DNA of 64,000 nt. Source: Chlorokybus atmophyticus (lineage: Eukaryota; Plantae; Mesostigma and Chlorokybus algae). Of the stretch, positions 13,001 through 25,258 are shown piece by piece. The stretch's first letter is position 1, and each line of letters starts with the position of its first letter. The stretch is taken from assembly GCA_009103225.1 (NCBI GenBank), contig RHPI01002438.1, positions 1,186,848 to 1,250,847 on the forward strand, read 5' to 3'. The notes beneath the pieces were generated by a model. The model made no database searches and was not told the DNA's origin. It saw nothing but the letters and a program-made list of their open reading frames with translations. Both the position numbers and the translations under genes were made by a program.

Positions 13001-13198
13001 CAGCTGAAGGCGCACGAGGGCGTTGGCGATCAGCTGCAGGGGGTGGTGACACGCATCATTCAATATGTGTGTCTACCATGTGATGAGAGGCAGTGCATGA
13101 GACAGCATGACATGGTCTCATGGTGTACAGTAGCATGCGGACATGCATGACAAGGTGGTTTACGACGAGTTCGAGCCACGATGAGGGAAGGCATGACA

Positions 13199-14049
13199 GC
13201 CTCCTTCCACCTCCACTCTGTCTCCTTGAGAAGTTCGTTGAGGGGGCGCGCCACTTTGGCAAAGTCTTGTACGAACATCCTGTAGTAGTTGGCGAGGCCA
13301 AAGAAGGCACGCAGTCTAGTCAGGTTCGCCGGGGCTGGGGTAGATGCCAAAGCCTCCACCTCGGCCTGCTGAACGTACACGCCGTTGGGCATGACCATGT
13401 GGCCGAGGTAGGGGACCTTGTGGGTAAAGAAAGTGCACTTGTCGGGTTGCACAGTCATCCCTACTGTCTGAACTCTCTTTCGCACCTCCTCGATGTGGAG
13501 GAGATGCTCCTCCGCCATGTGACTGATGATTAGAATGTCGTCGATGTAGCACCGCACGAAGGAGCATCCCTTCAACGCCTTGTCCATCACGCGCTGGAAC
13601 TTTGCTGGCGCGTGCTTCAGTCCGAAAGGCATGACCTTCCAGTGGTAGAGCTGTCGGTTGCTCTAGATTGCCGTCTTGTGCTTGTCTGCGAGCTTGATCT
13701 CGATCTGGTTGTACCCCTGCCTCATGTCCAAAATGCTGAACACGGTGCACGAGCCGACGTCGTCAAAGATGGCGTCCGCGGTTGGCATTAGGTACCGGTC
13801 CTGCTTGGTGTTGTTGTTGAGTGGGCGATAGTCCCCACACATACGCCATTTTGTCCAGTTGCCCTCCGAGTCCTTCTTAAGGGGTATGATTGTGGCGGCG
13901 GCAAAGTCTGACGTGAACTCCTTGATGAGTCCCGCCTCCAGCAATGCCTTGCATCGCTGCTCCACCAAATCTTCCTCCAACTTGGACAGCTTGTACTGCC
14001 TTCTAAACACCGAATCTTTGTTGACGAGGTCGATGTCCATTTGGTACAC
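13199..14049 (-). pseudogene. pol: M reverse transcriptase
   Basis: RMCGDYRPLN, MPFGLKHAP, YIDDILI, YLGH. Confidence 0.95.
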
Positions 14050-14359
14050 TTAGCGCTTGACGAATCCCTTGATGTTGAAGCTGAGCTGAGCTCTCCACCT
14101 GTTGAGGAGAGCCTCCAACTGCTCCTTCACGGGCCTTGTAGCCAAGGGTCCCATGGCATGATCCCATGACGTGGCTGTCGCCTGCACCGGGATATCCTCC
14201 ACTGTGACTGCAGCCTGCTCTTCCATGTGAGCGATCTCCAGGGCGGTGTGGGCCACGACAGCATCGGAGCGATTGACCCACCCCCAGACAGGTGCTTGAG
14301 ATCCTTGAGAGACACCTGTCGGTCTTGAATGGCAAAGCACATCTCCAGCATTCAAACCA

Positions 14360-15490
14360 TACTGTTCTGGTCCATGGCGCGACCCAAGAGTTGCCTCTGT
14401 TGGTTGTCTGTCAGTGAGCACCCTGTTATGCTGCCTGTGATGAACCCCATAGCGCGTTCGCGCTCGCGTGCGTTGGGTTTGTCTAATTGGCCTGTGTTGT
14501 TGTCGAAGACCATGCTATCCCCGCCATCTCTGTAGGGATATGAGCCCGCGTATGAAACCAGCGTGGGGAGAGCTCGACGTGGTTCTCCTGGTTGGTTGCA
14601 CTAGTAAAAATGGTTGTGGTTATGGAGAGACTGGCTGTGACGTCCTGCCAATGTCGTGGATGTCATCCAACAAGTTCAGGGGACGCAAAATAAGAAGGTG
14701 CTCAGCGGCGATCAACTCTTCCACAGCGGCGAGGTTTGTCCACTTGGCGCGGACGCGGTGTGCACGACACATGGCGTGCAGCGTTCATCCTGATCGGGTG
14801 GCCAAGGATTGAGCACACGACCCGGTAGCTGTGCTGCACCAGGTGGCGGCGATCATCCTCGGAGTGGACATTCTTCATGATGTACGCCAGAGGGTGTTGA
14901 ATCTGGTGGTGTTGCAGCAGGTGGATGACTCGCAGCAACTCCAAAAAGATTGTGGACCGTGGATTGTGTAGCCCATGTTCTGTGCCGGCCCGGGCACTCC
15001 CATCCAGCAACAGATCCACATTGCCCAAGACAATGAGAAGATCAGTCGAAATGAGGCGAACGTCTTGAGGCAACGCCTTAAGACTTCCGCGCAATGCAGA
15101 TAATGGCAGAAGGTGTGGATAGCGCGAGTGCAACTGGCGCAGATGATGGCGAACAGCAGTGTGGGCACGCGGATCAGGGTCACATTAGTGATATTATGTT
15201 ACCTTGACACCGGTGTTGAGAAGGACTGCCAAGCCGCTGCCAATCCCGCCGAACAGCTCCAGCAAGGTGACTCCTTGTTGGCGCCGCGCCGCGCTGAAGT
15301 CCACGACTCCAGTTGCCACGGTAAACCAGTCTGCAACCGGGACCTCTTCGTAGTAGTCTGGAAAGCGTGTGGGGAACGTCTGTTTGTTCAGCAACGCATG
15401 TGCGATCACCCCTGCTCCCCAGCGACGCTTTGCCGGGTCCTGCAAGGCCACCTCCTTGGTTGTCGTGTTGTGCGTGTTGAAATTGGGCAT
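14360..15490 (-). pseudogene. M DNMT3-like cytosine methyltransferase, frameshifted
   Basis: ELFGGIGSG; GWEC codons at 14994-15005 followed by a small deletion; KNVHSEDD; LLGRAMD; collinear with the E3 DNMT. Confidence 0.88.
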
Positions 15491-15599
15491 GGGTGACGGT
15501 TGTAAAGGTGGCCCCCATGAGTTGACGTGCTCGTGTGGACAGCACCGGGTCCAGGGTGATAAACTCGATGGTGAAACCGCTGCGCCAGCCGGGTCTGAA

Positions 15600-15960
15600 C
15601 CATGCTTGTTTGGTCCAGTTGTCCATGCTGATGGCTACGGGGTAGCTGAAGTCCTGCCCAACCAGCAGGTCATAGCTGGTGGCGTTGGTGACCACACACC
15701 GCTGAGCCAGCTGCGTGTTGTGAGGTCCAACCCAATCAGGGTAATGGTGAGGACTTCCTTGGTGATGCCAGCGGGGCTTTCTCGTCCTCCCGTGACGGTG
15801 TCAATATCGAAGGGGCAGCTGTCCAGCGACGCTGCTGTGAGACCCAAGGCCTTAGCCAAGTGTCGGCCGATGATACATGGTCATGCCCCTCCATCCAGCA
15901 TGACGCGCTTGGGCGCACGTCCGTTGATCTGCACATGCTTGCCCTGGTTGGCAACCATAA
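15600..15960 (-). pseudogene. M aspartic protease
   Basis: Collinear with E3 protease (KRVMLDG, YDLLVGQDF), frameshifted. Confidence 0.8.
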
Positions 15961-16247
15961 CGGCGTTGGCGTTGAGCCGTGCGCGATTGTTGGGATGGCG
16001 AGGAACAGTATGTGCGGTGGGGGTGTTGCTCCAAAGTGCTAGTCCTCAAGGCTGCCATGGCTCCTCTTCCTGCCGCAGGAGCTGTACCCTGTCCTGGTGC
16101 ACTCCCTTGTTTTGTTTCACCCCCCTGCCCTGGCCCCTGGCCAGGTGGTGCCGGCGCCGGCGGTGGATAGCGACGAGGGGTTGGGTCAGTACCAGGAGCT
16201 GGTGGTGGTGGTGGTGGTGGAGGAACGCGTTCCATTGCTGCCACTGT

Positions 16248-18880
16248 CTACATGTTGGTCCAATAGAGTGCATGAGCGGCCTCACGCACAAGTGTGCCCT
16301 CCCATGTGGCTGAGGGGTGATACCGCCAGTCGGCGAACTCCTCCAACTGAGGCATAGGCGTGAGGTAGACGGCGCGTACTAGCTGCCTTCTCAATGTGTC
16401 GTCAATGGTGGGTATCCCCATGATGCTCCGCATGTACATGTCCCACCGGCCTCTAGAAATCCCGACGTCAATCGCTGTCATGACCCGTCCTCTCAGGGTG
16501 TCGGGTGAGTCCTGCTGTCGACGCTGGTTGTCATAGGCCTGCGCGATGCGCCGGAGTTGCCGTGCTGCCTCGATGCCTGGTAAATGCATGAGGGCGATCA
16601 CCATAGTGACCGTGTCACGAATGCCATAAAGACGCAACCGGTCCACCACTTGGTCGTATGCTTGCCGTATAGAGCGCATGAACGCACTCATCCAGTGCAG
16701 TCTCGATAGCAACGCGAAAAGTGGAACTGCAGGGTGGTTGTTGATCAACTAGGTGAGTACTTGAGCCCGTTCTCTCGTGGTTTGCTGTAGTCACAGCATC
16801 CCTCTGAGCGTGGCGCCTTCCGAGCCTTGTTGTTGCAACGTCCCCTGGATGGCTTCCTGCAGCAGGTGTGTGCGCAACTGTTGCTCCCCGTGTGTTTGTT
16901 GATCATCAAGATGCGGGTGGGCTCCCCGTTGAAGATACCCCTTCCCTGGTTGACGCTGGTTTGCTAGCCAGGTGTTGGTCATGTTGACGATGAGGGTAGC
17001 GATTTCCCCCCTGAAATATCTGCTCAACGCCTCCGTTTCAACGCGTCTGATGCGCTCCCTGTCGTCGTCGGTGGGATGTTGCGGCCTGTTCACCCAGATG
17101 TTGCCATATGCTTCGGCACGGATGTCGTCGATGATGACGCCAGCTGGTGCTTCATCGATATCCCGCTGGACATTGTTAAAGTAGTCCCATTTGCAACAAC
17201 GGACCACCTAATCTCGATGCTCACGAAACTGGGGAGCCTGATCTAGTGCGTAGAAGCGGCGGCATTGCTCATGCTATGAAAATTTGTCAAACTCACGGTC
17301 GTTGCCCAGCGGACGCGCAGCAAATGCCCGAAACGATTGAACCACCTGCAGGTCCAAGTTGTCGAAGTGGTCCAGGTTGGACGGCTCTTAGTTGGGTGGT
17401 TTCAGCAATGCTAGATGCTCCGGTACCGACCGATGGCGGTTGTACACATCCCACAACATAGTGAGGGTTTTGTCGGTGATGCGCAGGGCGCGGAAGTTGT
17501 GGCCCAGCTCCTGACAATGGAGAGGGCCAGTGTCGACACATATAACAGGGCATTCTCGTCGATGCGCCACATGAAGTGGTCACCTCCAACGTGCGCCGGG
17601 GTGATTGGCATGTCAGCGGCTGTACATGTTGGTCGTTGTCCGAGTGGGAAATGCTGCCGGTACGTCAGCTACGCCGGCTGAGATTGCCTCCGCTGTCGCG
17701 AACGTGGAAAGTCCCGTCTCCGTGGCAGCAATGGTGGACGTTGATGGTCCGGTGATACCGAGCTGGGTGATAGTTGCAGTACTGGTTGGATGCGCAGTGG
17801 AGTCAATAGCGGCGATGGTTGCTGCTGATGAGATGACTGCCATCGAATCGGCAGCAAGGACAGCTGAGGTTGCAACAATAGTTGCCGCAAGACTTTCACC
17901 AACGGCAGCGGTAGCGGCTGTCGTGGTTGGTGTTGCAGCAGTTGCAGTGGAATCTGCGAGGACTCTTGCAAATATAGACAATAACTCCGAGGCACTAGTG
18001 GCGTCGGCCGGCGAAGGCGTTGTGGTTGTTGCTGCTGTTGTTGCCTCTTGGCCAGCAGGACGAGCTGTTCCACATGTGGAGTATGGCCCAGCGTCCCCTT
18101 GGGTTCGCCGTGGTGGCTGTATGCGGGTAGGGGGGGTGGCTCCCTCATGCTTCACTCCCATTGCTGCCCATCGCGCCATGTAGCATGCGATATTCATCCT
18201 CCCTGTCTTTCAGTAACGCGTGAAGCTCGTCCGTCCGTGCTGTGAGGCAAGCAACCACCTCCGTGCTCTCCGCACCATGCGACCTGCGGGCAGCGTTGCC
18301 TGCTTTGGGTCCAACCTGATGGTTCTGTTTTGGTTTCGGCGGGTTGTTCTTCCCCCGATAGCCGTTGTTGGCTGGCTTCTTGCCCTTGTTGCCGTTGTGG
18401 CTGTTGTGCTTGTAACCGCTGCTGCCACTGTAGCTGTCTGAGGGTCTCAACTTAGGATGTTTGGCATAGCAAATTGCCTCCAAGTGTCCAGTCTTGTGAC
18501 AGTGGTCGCACACCAGGTTTCCGTACTCCTCCGTGCAGTCCTTCTGATAGTGGCGACCACACCGATGGCAGACGACAGGAGCAGGTAGTGCAGTGTAAGC
18601 TGACTTCGCAGGAGACCGGGGTGTGTTGGTGGGATAAGACTCGCGGTCACGTCGGCTGGGGTCTAGAGCAGAGACAGAAGCACGTGAGGGACCAGAGTTT
18701 ATACCTAGCACGGCTCTCATCCACACCTGGCGGTCATGAATTGCCAGGGCTGTTCCAAAGGCTTGAAGCAGCGAATACCCTTGTGGTCGGGTATTGTTAA
18801 GAGCGTTGTCTACCGTTTTGTTTAGTGGAGGCTCAAGTTGGCTGACGAGCATCACGGCGGCAACTTTGTCGCTGAGGATC
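16248..18880 (-). pseudogene. gag: M Gag C-terminal part: zinc knuckles, Ala/Thr-rich linker, conserved unknown domain
   Basis: VCDHCHKTGHLEAIC; NHPAVPLF...TLVREAAHA segment homologous to E3 about 39500-40000. Confidence 0.8.
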
Positions 18881-18881
18881 A

Positions 18882-19350
18882 CACCGATTGACGTCAAAGG
18901 ACCATGAATGGTCCGTACCTCTAGACAGGGATTTTCCTGCTAAGTGGCTTTGGTGGACTATATATGGTCGGACTGTCAATGACAGTCGGACCATGCATGG
19001 TCCAAACCTCACGTGAACAGTCCCATGTTTGTTGAGGGTCGCACCATGTATGGTGACCTGTTTGTATGAGTTTGCAAGGACCATGTATGGTGCAATGCCC
19101 CCTGGCGCAGAAGACCAGGCATGGTTTGTTACTTCCACATGTCTGGTGATTGACAATCGCATCATGCACGGTTCATGGATACGGACCGAAAGTCTTTGTT
19201 TAAACAGACATATTTCGGACCATACATGGTCCACAAGCAGCACCATGTCTGGTCCTAACAGACAACGCACCACATGGTCTGATTGACAGTCGCACCATGC
19301 ATGATCTGTCATGATGTCACAGCCATTGAATCCATGCATGGTCTTAGCAC
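18882..19350. repeat. Left TIR and subterminal palindromic repeats of CACTA-1
   Basis: Multiple GGACCATGCATGGTCC / GACCATGTATGGT variants (e.g. 18988). Confidence 0.85.
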
Positions 19351-19535
19351 TGGTGCCTGCACCGTGCCCGGTGCATACAATCCGACACGCATGCAATTTG
19401 CAAAAATGCTGTAATGGACTGTCAAACAACAGCCCATCAGTGTCAAGCCAGTGATACTGTAGCTACAGTCTCCTACATGCACTTCAAGCTGCGGTTACAG
19501 GAGGTAACAGGAGGTCACAGGAGCAGCTAACAACA

Positions 19536-20330
19536 TCAGTCTGTTGTGTTGCCAGCACCTTCACCTGGAAGCCAGACTTGTGCCCTCCCTGGTTGATTCA
19601 GCCCCAATGTGAAGACACCCGCGACAGCCTTGCTCGACAGCATCTCTTGCAAACACTCATCGAGTGCTTGTTGAGCTCTGCGCGACAACTGTACTGTCAT
19701 GTGCTTTGACAAACAGTAACTTGACCATAGCATAGGAAACCACCCATCTAAGAGGATGACGAGGGCTGTCGCGTCCACTGCCTCTTGGGTCGGAATGGCT
19801 TTCTCTTCTTTGCCTCGCTCAAAAGCCCTGCATTGTACCAAATCATCACTCTTGAAAACCAGCAAAGGACTGTCGTTAACTTGCTGCAGTGAAGTATGCA
19901 TACCTAGTAGTTTGCGATTGGATCCCCACTCGCACCCGCCTTCAACATCTTTGTTGGTCACCAACCACTTTCTCCTGGCAGCAAAGTCGACAATGGCTCT
20001 CAAGATCAGCTCGTATGGCACACGCTTCATTCGGTTGGGGTCCTTGAATGCCAGTTGGTGACCATTGTGGAACAGCGTGTGCTCGATGTGGTGGTAGTAC
20101 TCATACATGTCCATCGCCTCCTCTCTGGTGGGGGCGTCGGGCTTGGTGTTGCACACAATCCCCGCTGCAATTCGCAACTCCATGGCGGCGGCTTCATCTT
20201 CACAGTCATAGATGGCCCCAGCAACCTGCATAGGACCCAGAGTGGTCAGTGCAGTCCATTGGCGAGTGTCGATATCATTGACAGTCTGCAATGCGTTGAT
20301 GACTGTCAAGAACTGCAACATGTAATGCAA
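19536..20330 (-). CDS. Uncharacterised ORF (264 aa) inside CACTA-1; possibly the last exon of an accessory gene
   Basis: Uninterrupted ORF with globular-protein-like composition; no family recognised. Confidence 0.45.
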   Translation of the reverse strand: MHYMLQFLTVINALQTVNDIDTRQWTALTTLGPMQVAGAIYDCEDEAAAMELRIAAGIVCNTKPDAPTREEAMDMYEYYHHIEHTLFHNGHQLAFKDPNRMKRVPYELILRAIVDFAARRKWLVTNKDVEGGCEWGSNRKLLGMHTSLQQVNDSPLLVFKSDDLVQCRAFERGKEEKAIPTQEAVDATALVILLDGWFPMLWSSYCLSKHMTVQLSRRAQQALDECLQEMLSSKAVAGVFTLGLNQPGRAQVWLPGEGAGNTTD

Positions 20331-23300
20331 TTTGCGATTGTCAAGGCGTGATCAATGGCTGCATTGGCGACCGTTCATCATGTGACAGCAGCCTAACGAC
20401 AGCTCTTATTAACCTCTGTGTCTGTGCTGTGCCTGGCTGCGGGCGTAGGCAGCCGGTCCTTGATGCAACCCGGCACCGCAATGCGCTCATCGTTAGCGCA
20501 TGCCTCACAGGGGCAGATGCCTCCGCAGGCCAAGAACATCATGGGCCACTCCACCGTCCTGCCCTGCATGTTGTTGTGTTTAACACAAGAACTGCTCATG
20601 CACTACACCATACAGTTACAGCAGGAGCATGTGCATATCTACAGCAAGCAATGTACCTCCAGAGTACGTCCACTATGGCAGCTGCTTGTCGGCGTGCCAT
20701 AGAGAAAATGCCTTTCTTTCACAGGTAGTTCAACGGCAAGGTTGACATCCTCATTGCTCATTGCCATCCAATGGTTAACAGAGACTAGATACGTGCGCAT
20801 TGGTTGGTCTGGCTCGCATAGAGAACCGATGGTGGCGACGCCAACGACTACTGCGTTGTTGCAAATATTGAACACCTGATCTTCAGCATATCCGTCCGCA
20901 CCCCTGTCGTGACACGCAGAGTAGCATTCAAAGTAGCAGGCACCATGTGTTAAGCCAATATGCATGGAGGCAGCAGCTCAGCAAAACAGTACAACAGGAC
21001 CGACAGTTGACCGACAGCACCATAGTTGCTTAACTCTTTTTTAGCCAAGTGGCCCGGTATTCAGCGTTTGTGAGAGGAAGAGCGGTTAAAGGCGCAAGCA
21101 TGACCACGTGCTGGTTGGCCCTCATGTCCCTCCCAAGACAAAATGTCATGCCCCAGCCAGCTCCAGCTTGAGCAGCGCGGCTGCCTTGTGCAGCTTCCCT
21201 GTCGCTGGCACGCCTTTGCTTCTTGGCCTCATTGCGTTCTTGGACGCTCTTCCCGATACCACTACCGCGCTTCGCGCGAACGGAGTACTGCAGCACCAGT
21301 ACATGCTGCTTGATTTGTGCCGCAACACAAGCAGATAAGAGTACAGCAACGTACCAACGGCAAGGACTGTCAACGGCAAGATAGCTCCACTACAGCATTT
21401 TCAGCTGTTGGAAGATGGCATCTAGCAGAAGACAGCCTTAAAGACAGCATATCGCAACCGGTCAATGAAGCAACAAGCACAAACACAGCAACCAAGGCAA
21501 GGACTGTCAACGGCAAGACAGCTAAGCAGACAGTGAGTGAACTAAAAGCTGGACGACATGCCTGAAAGCTCACTTCAACACAGCTGCATTCAAGTTTCTA
21601 TTAAACAGCAGATTTCACCAAGAAAGCAGCTCACCTTTTGTCCACGTGAGCGTGTGGTTTGCGTCAAAGACCAGTGGAAGTGATTGCTGCAAGACCGCCT
21701 CGCATACTTTGTCGAGCTCTTGCCGGTGCTCGGCATTCATCTTGAAGTCCTTGCCCTTCATACCTTGAGGTAGTGGCCACTTGCTTAACATCTCCTTTTT
21801 CAGCTTCTCCAGGTTGACCATCAGCGTTGTGCGCATATGCTTGTACTCCTCCTTCATCAAGAACTGCTGGCCTTTCACCTGGCCCAGCAAATGGTTGCCC
21901 TTGGCCCTAAAGCAATCAGTTGCAGCAGGCAGTTGGCTGCCCTCCTCAGTAGCCATAATGTCAGCTGAACAGCCTGAACAAGCAACCGAACTTAGTGCAC
22001 AGACAGTGACTCAGCGCGCAATTAACAAGGCATGCAAGCTTCAAAGCAAAACAAACACCTTTCAGGTAAGCGCTGACAGCTCAAGCAGCAAACCACAAAC
22101 GACTAGTGCAATTTTTCAAGCAACACACAACCAGGGCGCATGAAAACTCGCAAGCGAACTCACTACTCACTCACTAGGACTGTCAAGTCCTACCGTGTTC
22201 CATATGGACAGTCGCACGAGCCGCACAAGCCGCAATTGTGCAGTGCCAAATGCAGTGCGACATAGTCCATGGAACTCACAAAGCTAGTGACACGGCTGTC
22301 AATCCCTAGACTTTCCTTATATATCTGGGGGTTGTCATATATTGGACGTCGAATCGACGCCAAACGCACTGCTAGCAACAGATTGCGTGGAAGATACAAG
22401 GCGGCTGTTAAGGGTTAGCAGTGTTAGGGCTAGGGACTCACCAATTTGGCGGCTGTCGTTGATGGGACATCATCGATTGGACGGAAGGTTGGCGGCGTAT
22501 ATAGCCGTTGCATGGTCTCGCTAGTATAGTTTGCTGTGGTTGTGGTTGTTGTGGTTGTGGTTGTGGGTGTAGCTCAGGGCGCAGGGTGAAGCGAAGAGAG
22601 GTGTGCGGAGCTGTGAGGAGTTGTACAAGACAGTCGCTAGGAGAAGGATTGCCAGGCAGTTGGACATCATGGAACGAAGGCGGGCGCCCATTGGGGCGCC
22701 GTTTATTTAAGGCTGCCCGTTCTGCATGTGCAATGTGCAAGCTGGTCACCGTGATGCAAGGGTTCAACCAACGGGGGGAGAGACCAAGCCCACCAAAATC
22801 GGACAGCACTTCAACACGCAGGTGTGCCGATGCGTGCGCATGATCAACAACCGGGGCGGTAGGGAGGACCAGGATGTGTGCAAGGCTATGGGGCTTCAAT
22901 ACCAGCAAGCCATCAAGGTAAGAACGTTCAACAATCAAGATTGTTTACGACATGCATGGGCTGTCAATGCTCTGTGCCATGGCGCATCGCGCATCGCATT
23001 GACAGTCGCTACTGAGATCCTGTGCATGTCACTTGCAATGCATGATGTTGTTTTGTTCTATCAGCCTAGGTATCAACTTACATTTGCGTGACATGTCCCA
23101 TTGCACGAGAAACTCACCAGCAGCGTATTGCAGAAGGATCGATTCCCGGCCCACCCTCACCCACATGTCGCGGTGATGAAATACTATAAAATGGCAGAAG
23201 TCATGGCCATCCCAGGATGGGTGAGTTGATGCATTTGTACACTAATCATCGCGGCATTCTTACTTACCCAAGGTTACAGACGCAAGAACTGTGGGACGAA

Positions 23301-23379
23301 GCGGGACGGCTGTCAAGACAGTATACCTTTTGGCCTCGCAATACGCAGTTGGAGGTAGAAGAGGAGCAAGCGGAGCAGG

Positions 23380-23380
23380 C

Positions 23381-23411
<31 letters not shown>

Positions 23412-23421
23412 CAACAGCAAC
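23380..23421 (+). repeat. (CAG/CAA)n microsatellite
   Basis: Visible trinucleotide run. Confidence 0.9.
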
Positions 23422-25183
23422 AAGAGCCGGAAGGAAGCGAGGAGGCAGACTCGGAGGAGACTGCAGATGTCTCAACAAGTCCATCATTGCGTAAATCCTC
23501 CGCACAGCAACGCGGCAAAGGACCTGCGATGAATCCCAAAGAAGAGTTCCGTGCAGCTCTTCAAGAGATGTAGAGGTTTGAAGTAAAACGCTACAGTTCC
23601 ACGAGCACCACACAACCACCCAACCTGTCGAACGACAACTTGAGGGTAAGCATATGTCTTGAATACCCCCCCTCCCCCCTTGGCTTAGAGGACTGTCAAG
23701 CAAGACTGTCATCTGTGTGGCTCTCACAGCATTGCAACTGACCACTGCTTCAAACAGACTGACAATGAGATTCCCAACCTGAAGCTCATCCATCGTGGAG
23801 CTGGAGACAAGCACCAGCTGTGGCGGCTAAACTATTTGAAGGATGTGAAAGCATCTACAAGCATTCTGGTCAAAGAGGAGTTCAAGTATCACCTGCACAA
23901 CTGGGAGATCAAGGACTCCACAATCATCGGCCGTGTTTGAGGCGACAACCCCTACCGATTTCCCCGCTGCATTGCAGTGGTTGCATACCCCTAAAGGCAT
24001 GGACGCCGTGATAAGATACCGCCAGGCTTGTTTCAGGCGGTAAGGCGCAGGTCAATAAGGACTGAACCCACCATGTATACCTTAGCCCGCGCTAGGCAAT
24101 TACATAGAACGATTGCCTTTGCATACTACCAGCGGATCCTGGGGTACATCTGAACCTTCTTGGTGTACATAATCTGTGTATAGTACAAGCGTGTTAATGC
24201 CTAAGATAAACATCAGTGTTTTTATGCCTTCTTTCAGTAATGACCACTCACAACAAGCACAAATGAGCACATGAGCACAATTGACAGCCGCATGGACTGT
24301 AAGTGACACGTATTGCCTTGTTGCAGGCTGTCAACCACTCACAACATGAAACCACACATGAGCACAATTGACAGCCGCAACGACAGTCACCTTGACAGCC
24401 GCATGGACTGTTGCCAAAAATTGTTATGCGTACCTGCCTCAGGCTCTCCTGCCTTATAGTACATGACATGTCTGTCATAGAACATGCGCACCACCTCAGT
24501 TGTTGGCTGCTCTTGCCATCTGCCTTGATAAACTTGCTGCCATTTCAGCTTTCTCTTGACCGTAATGGGTGACACCTTCTCGTTGCGACAGTCTTTATTG
24601 ACCACCCACCGCGCCAGGCCTTGGCGGGCACTCGCTGGTCGAGGAGCAGGCTTCAGGTAGTCAACCAACATGTTGCCTTCATCGTCAACTTGGGGCTGTC
24701 GAATAACGACGAGCCATGGCGGAGGATCATCGGATGCAGGTACTGGTGGGTTAGTGGGCACGCGAAAGTCAAAGACCGACTTCTTCTCATCCTCATGTCT
24801 TACAAGCAGCACATCCTCGGGTTTTAGGCCATACGGGGAGAGGTGTATCAGCTGCTAGCAATCGCAGCTCTGGGTTGCTGAAGTCGTAAGCCAGCATGTA
24901 GGGGAGCAGCCTCGGTCTCTCCGTCAGCATCCACACTTTGCGCAGCAGCTGCTGCCCTCGAACAAGAATGTAGGGTTCCTCCAACGTGCGCACATGCAGT
25001 GCACCAGAGTCCGCGTCCATATATTGATTGCCAGCAGCATCTTTTCGCAGGCTGTACGTGTGGACGGCAATGTACACATTGCACTCTGTGTGGAAGAGCA
25101 TGAAGATTTTGCTGACAATGGCAGGCCTGCTTCCATCAAGCATCACAGCATCCTTGCGGTCGCGCATGTGTAAGAGTGCACAC

Positions 25184-25185
25184 GT

Positions 25186-25256
<71 letters not shown>
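25184..25256 (+). repeat. Compound (GT)n(GA)n microsatellite
   Basis: Direct sequence. Confidence 0.95.

Positions 25257-25258
<2 letters not shown>

Larger units (their letters stand above)
5074..13198 (+). mobile_element. E2: degenerate Ty3/Gypsy element, gag-PR-DNMT-RT-RH-INT-PHD, no LTR pair (A-body-B form)
   Basis: Termini TGTCATG...CATGACA; 4-bp TSD GCCT at 5070-5073 and 13199-13202; removal restores the M RT frame; G-tract at about 13038-13043 followed by a 155-bp terminal segment. Confidence 0.92.
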
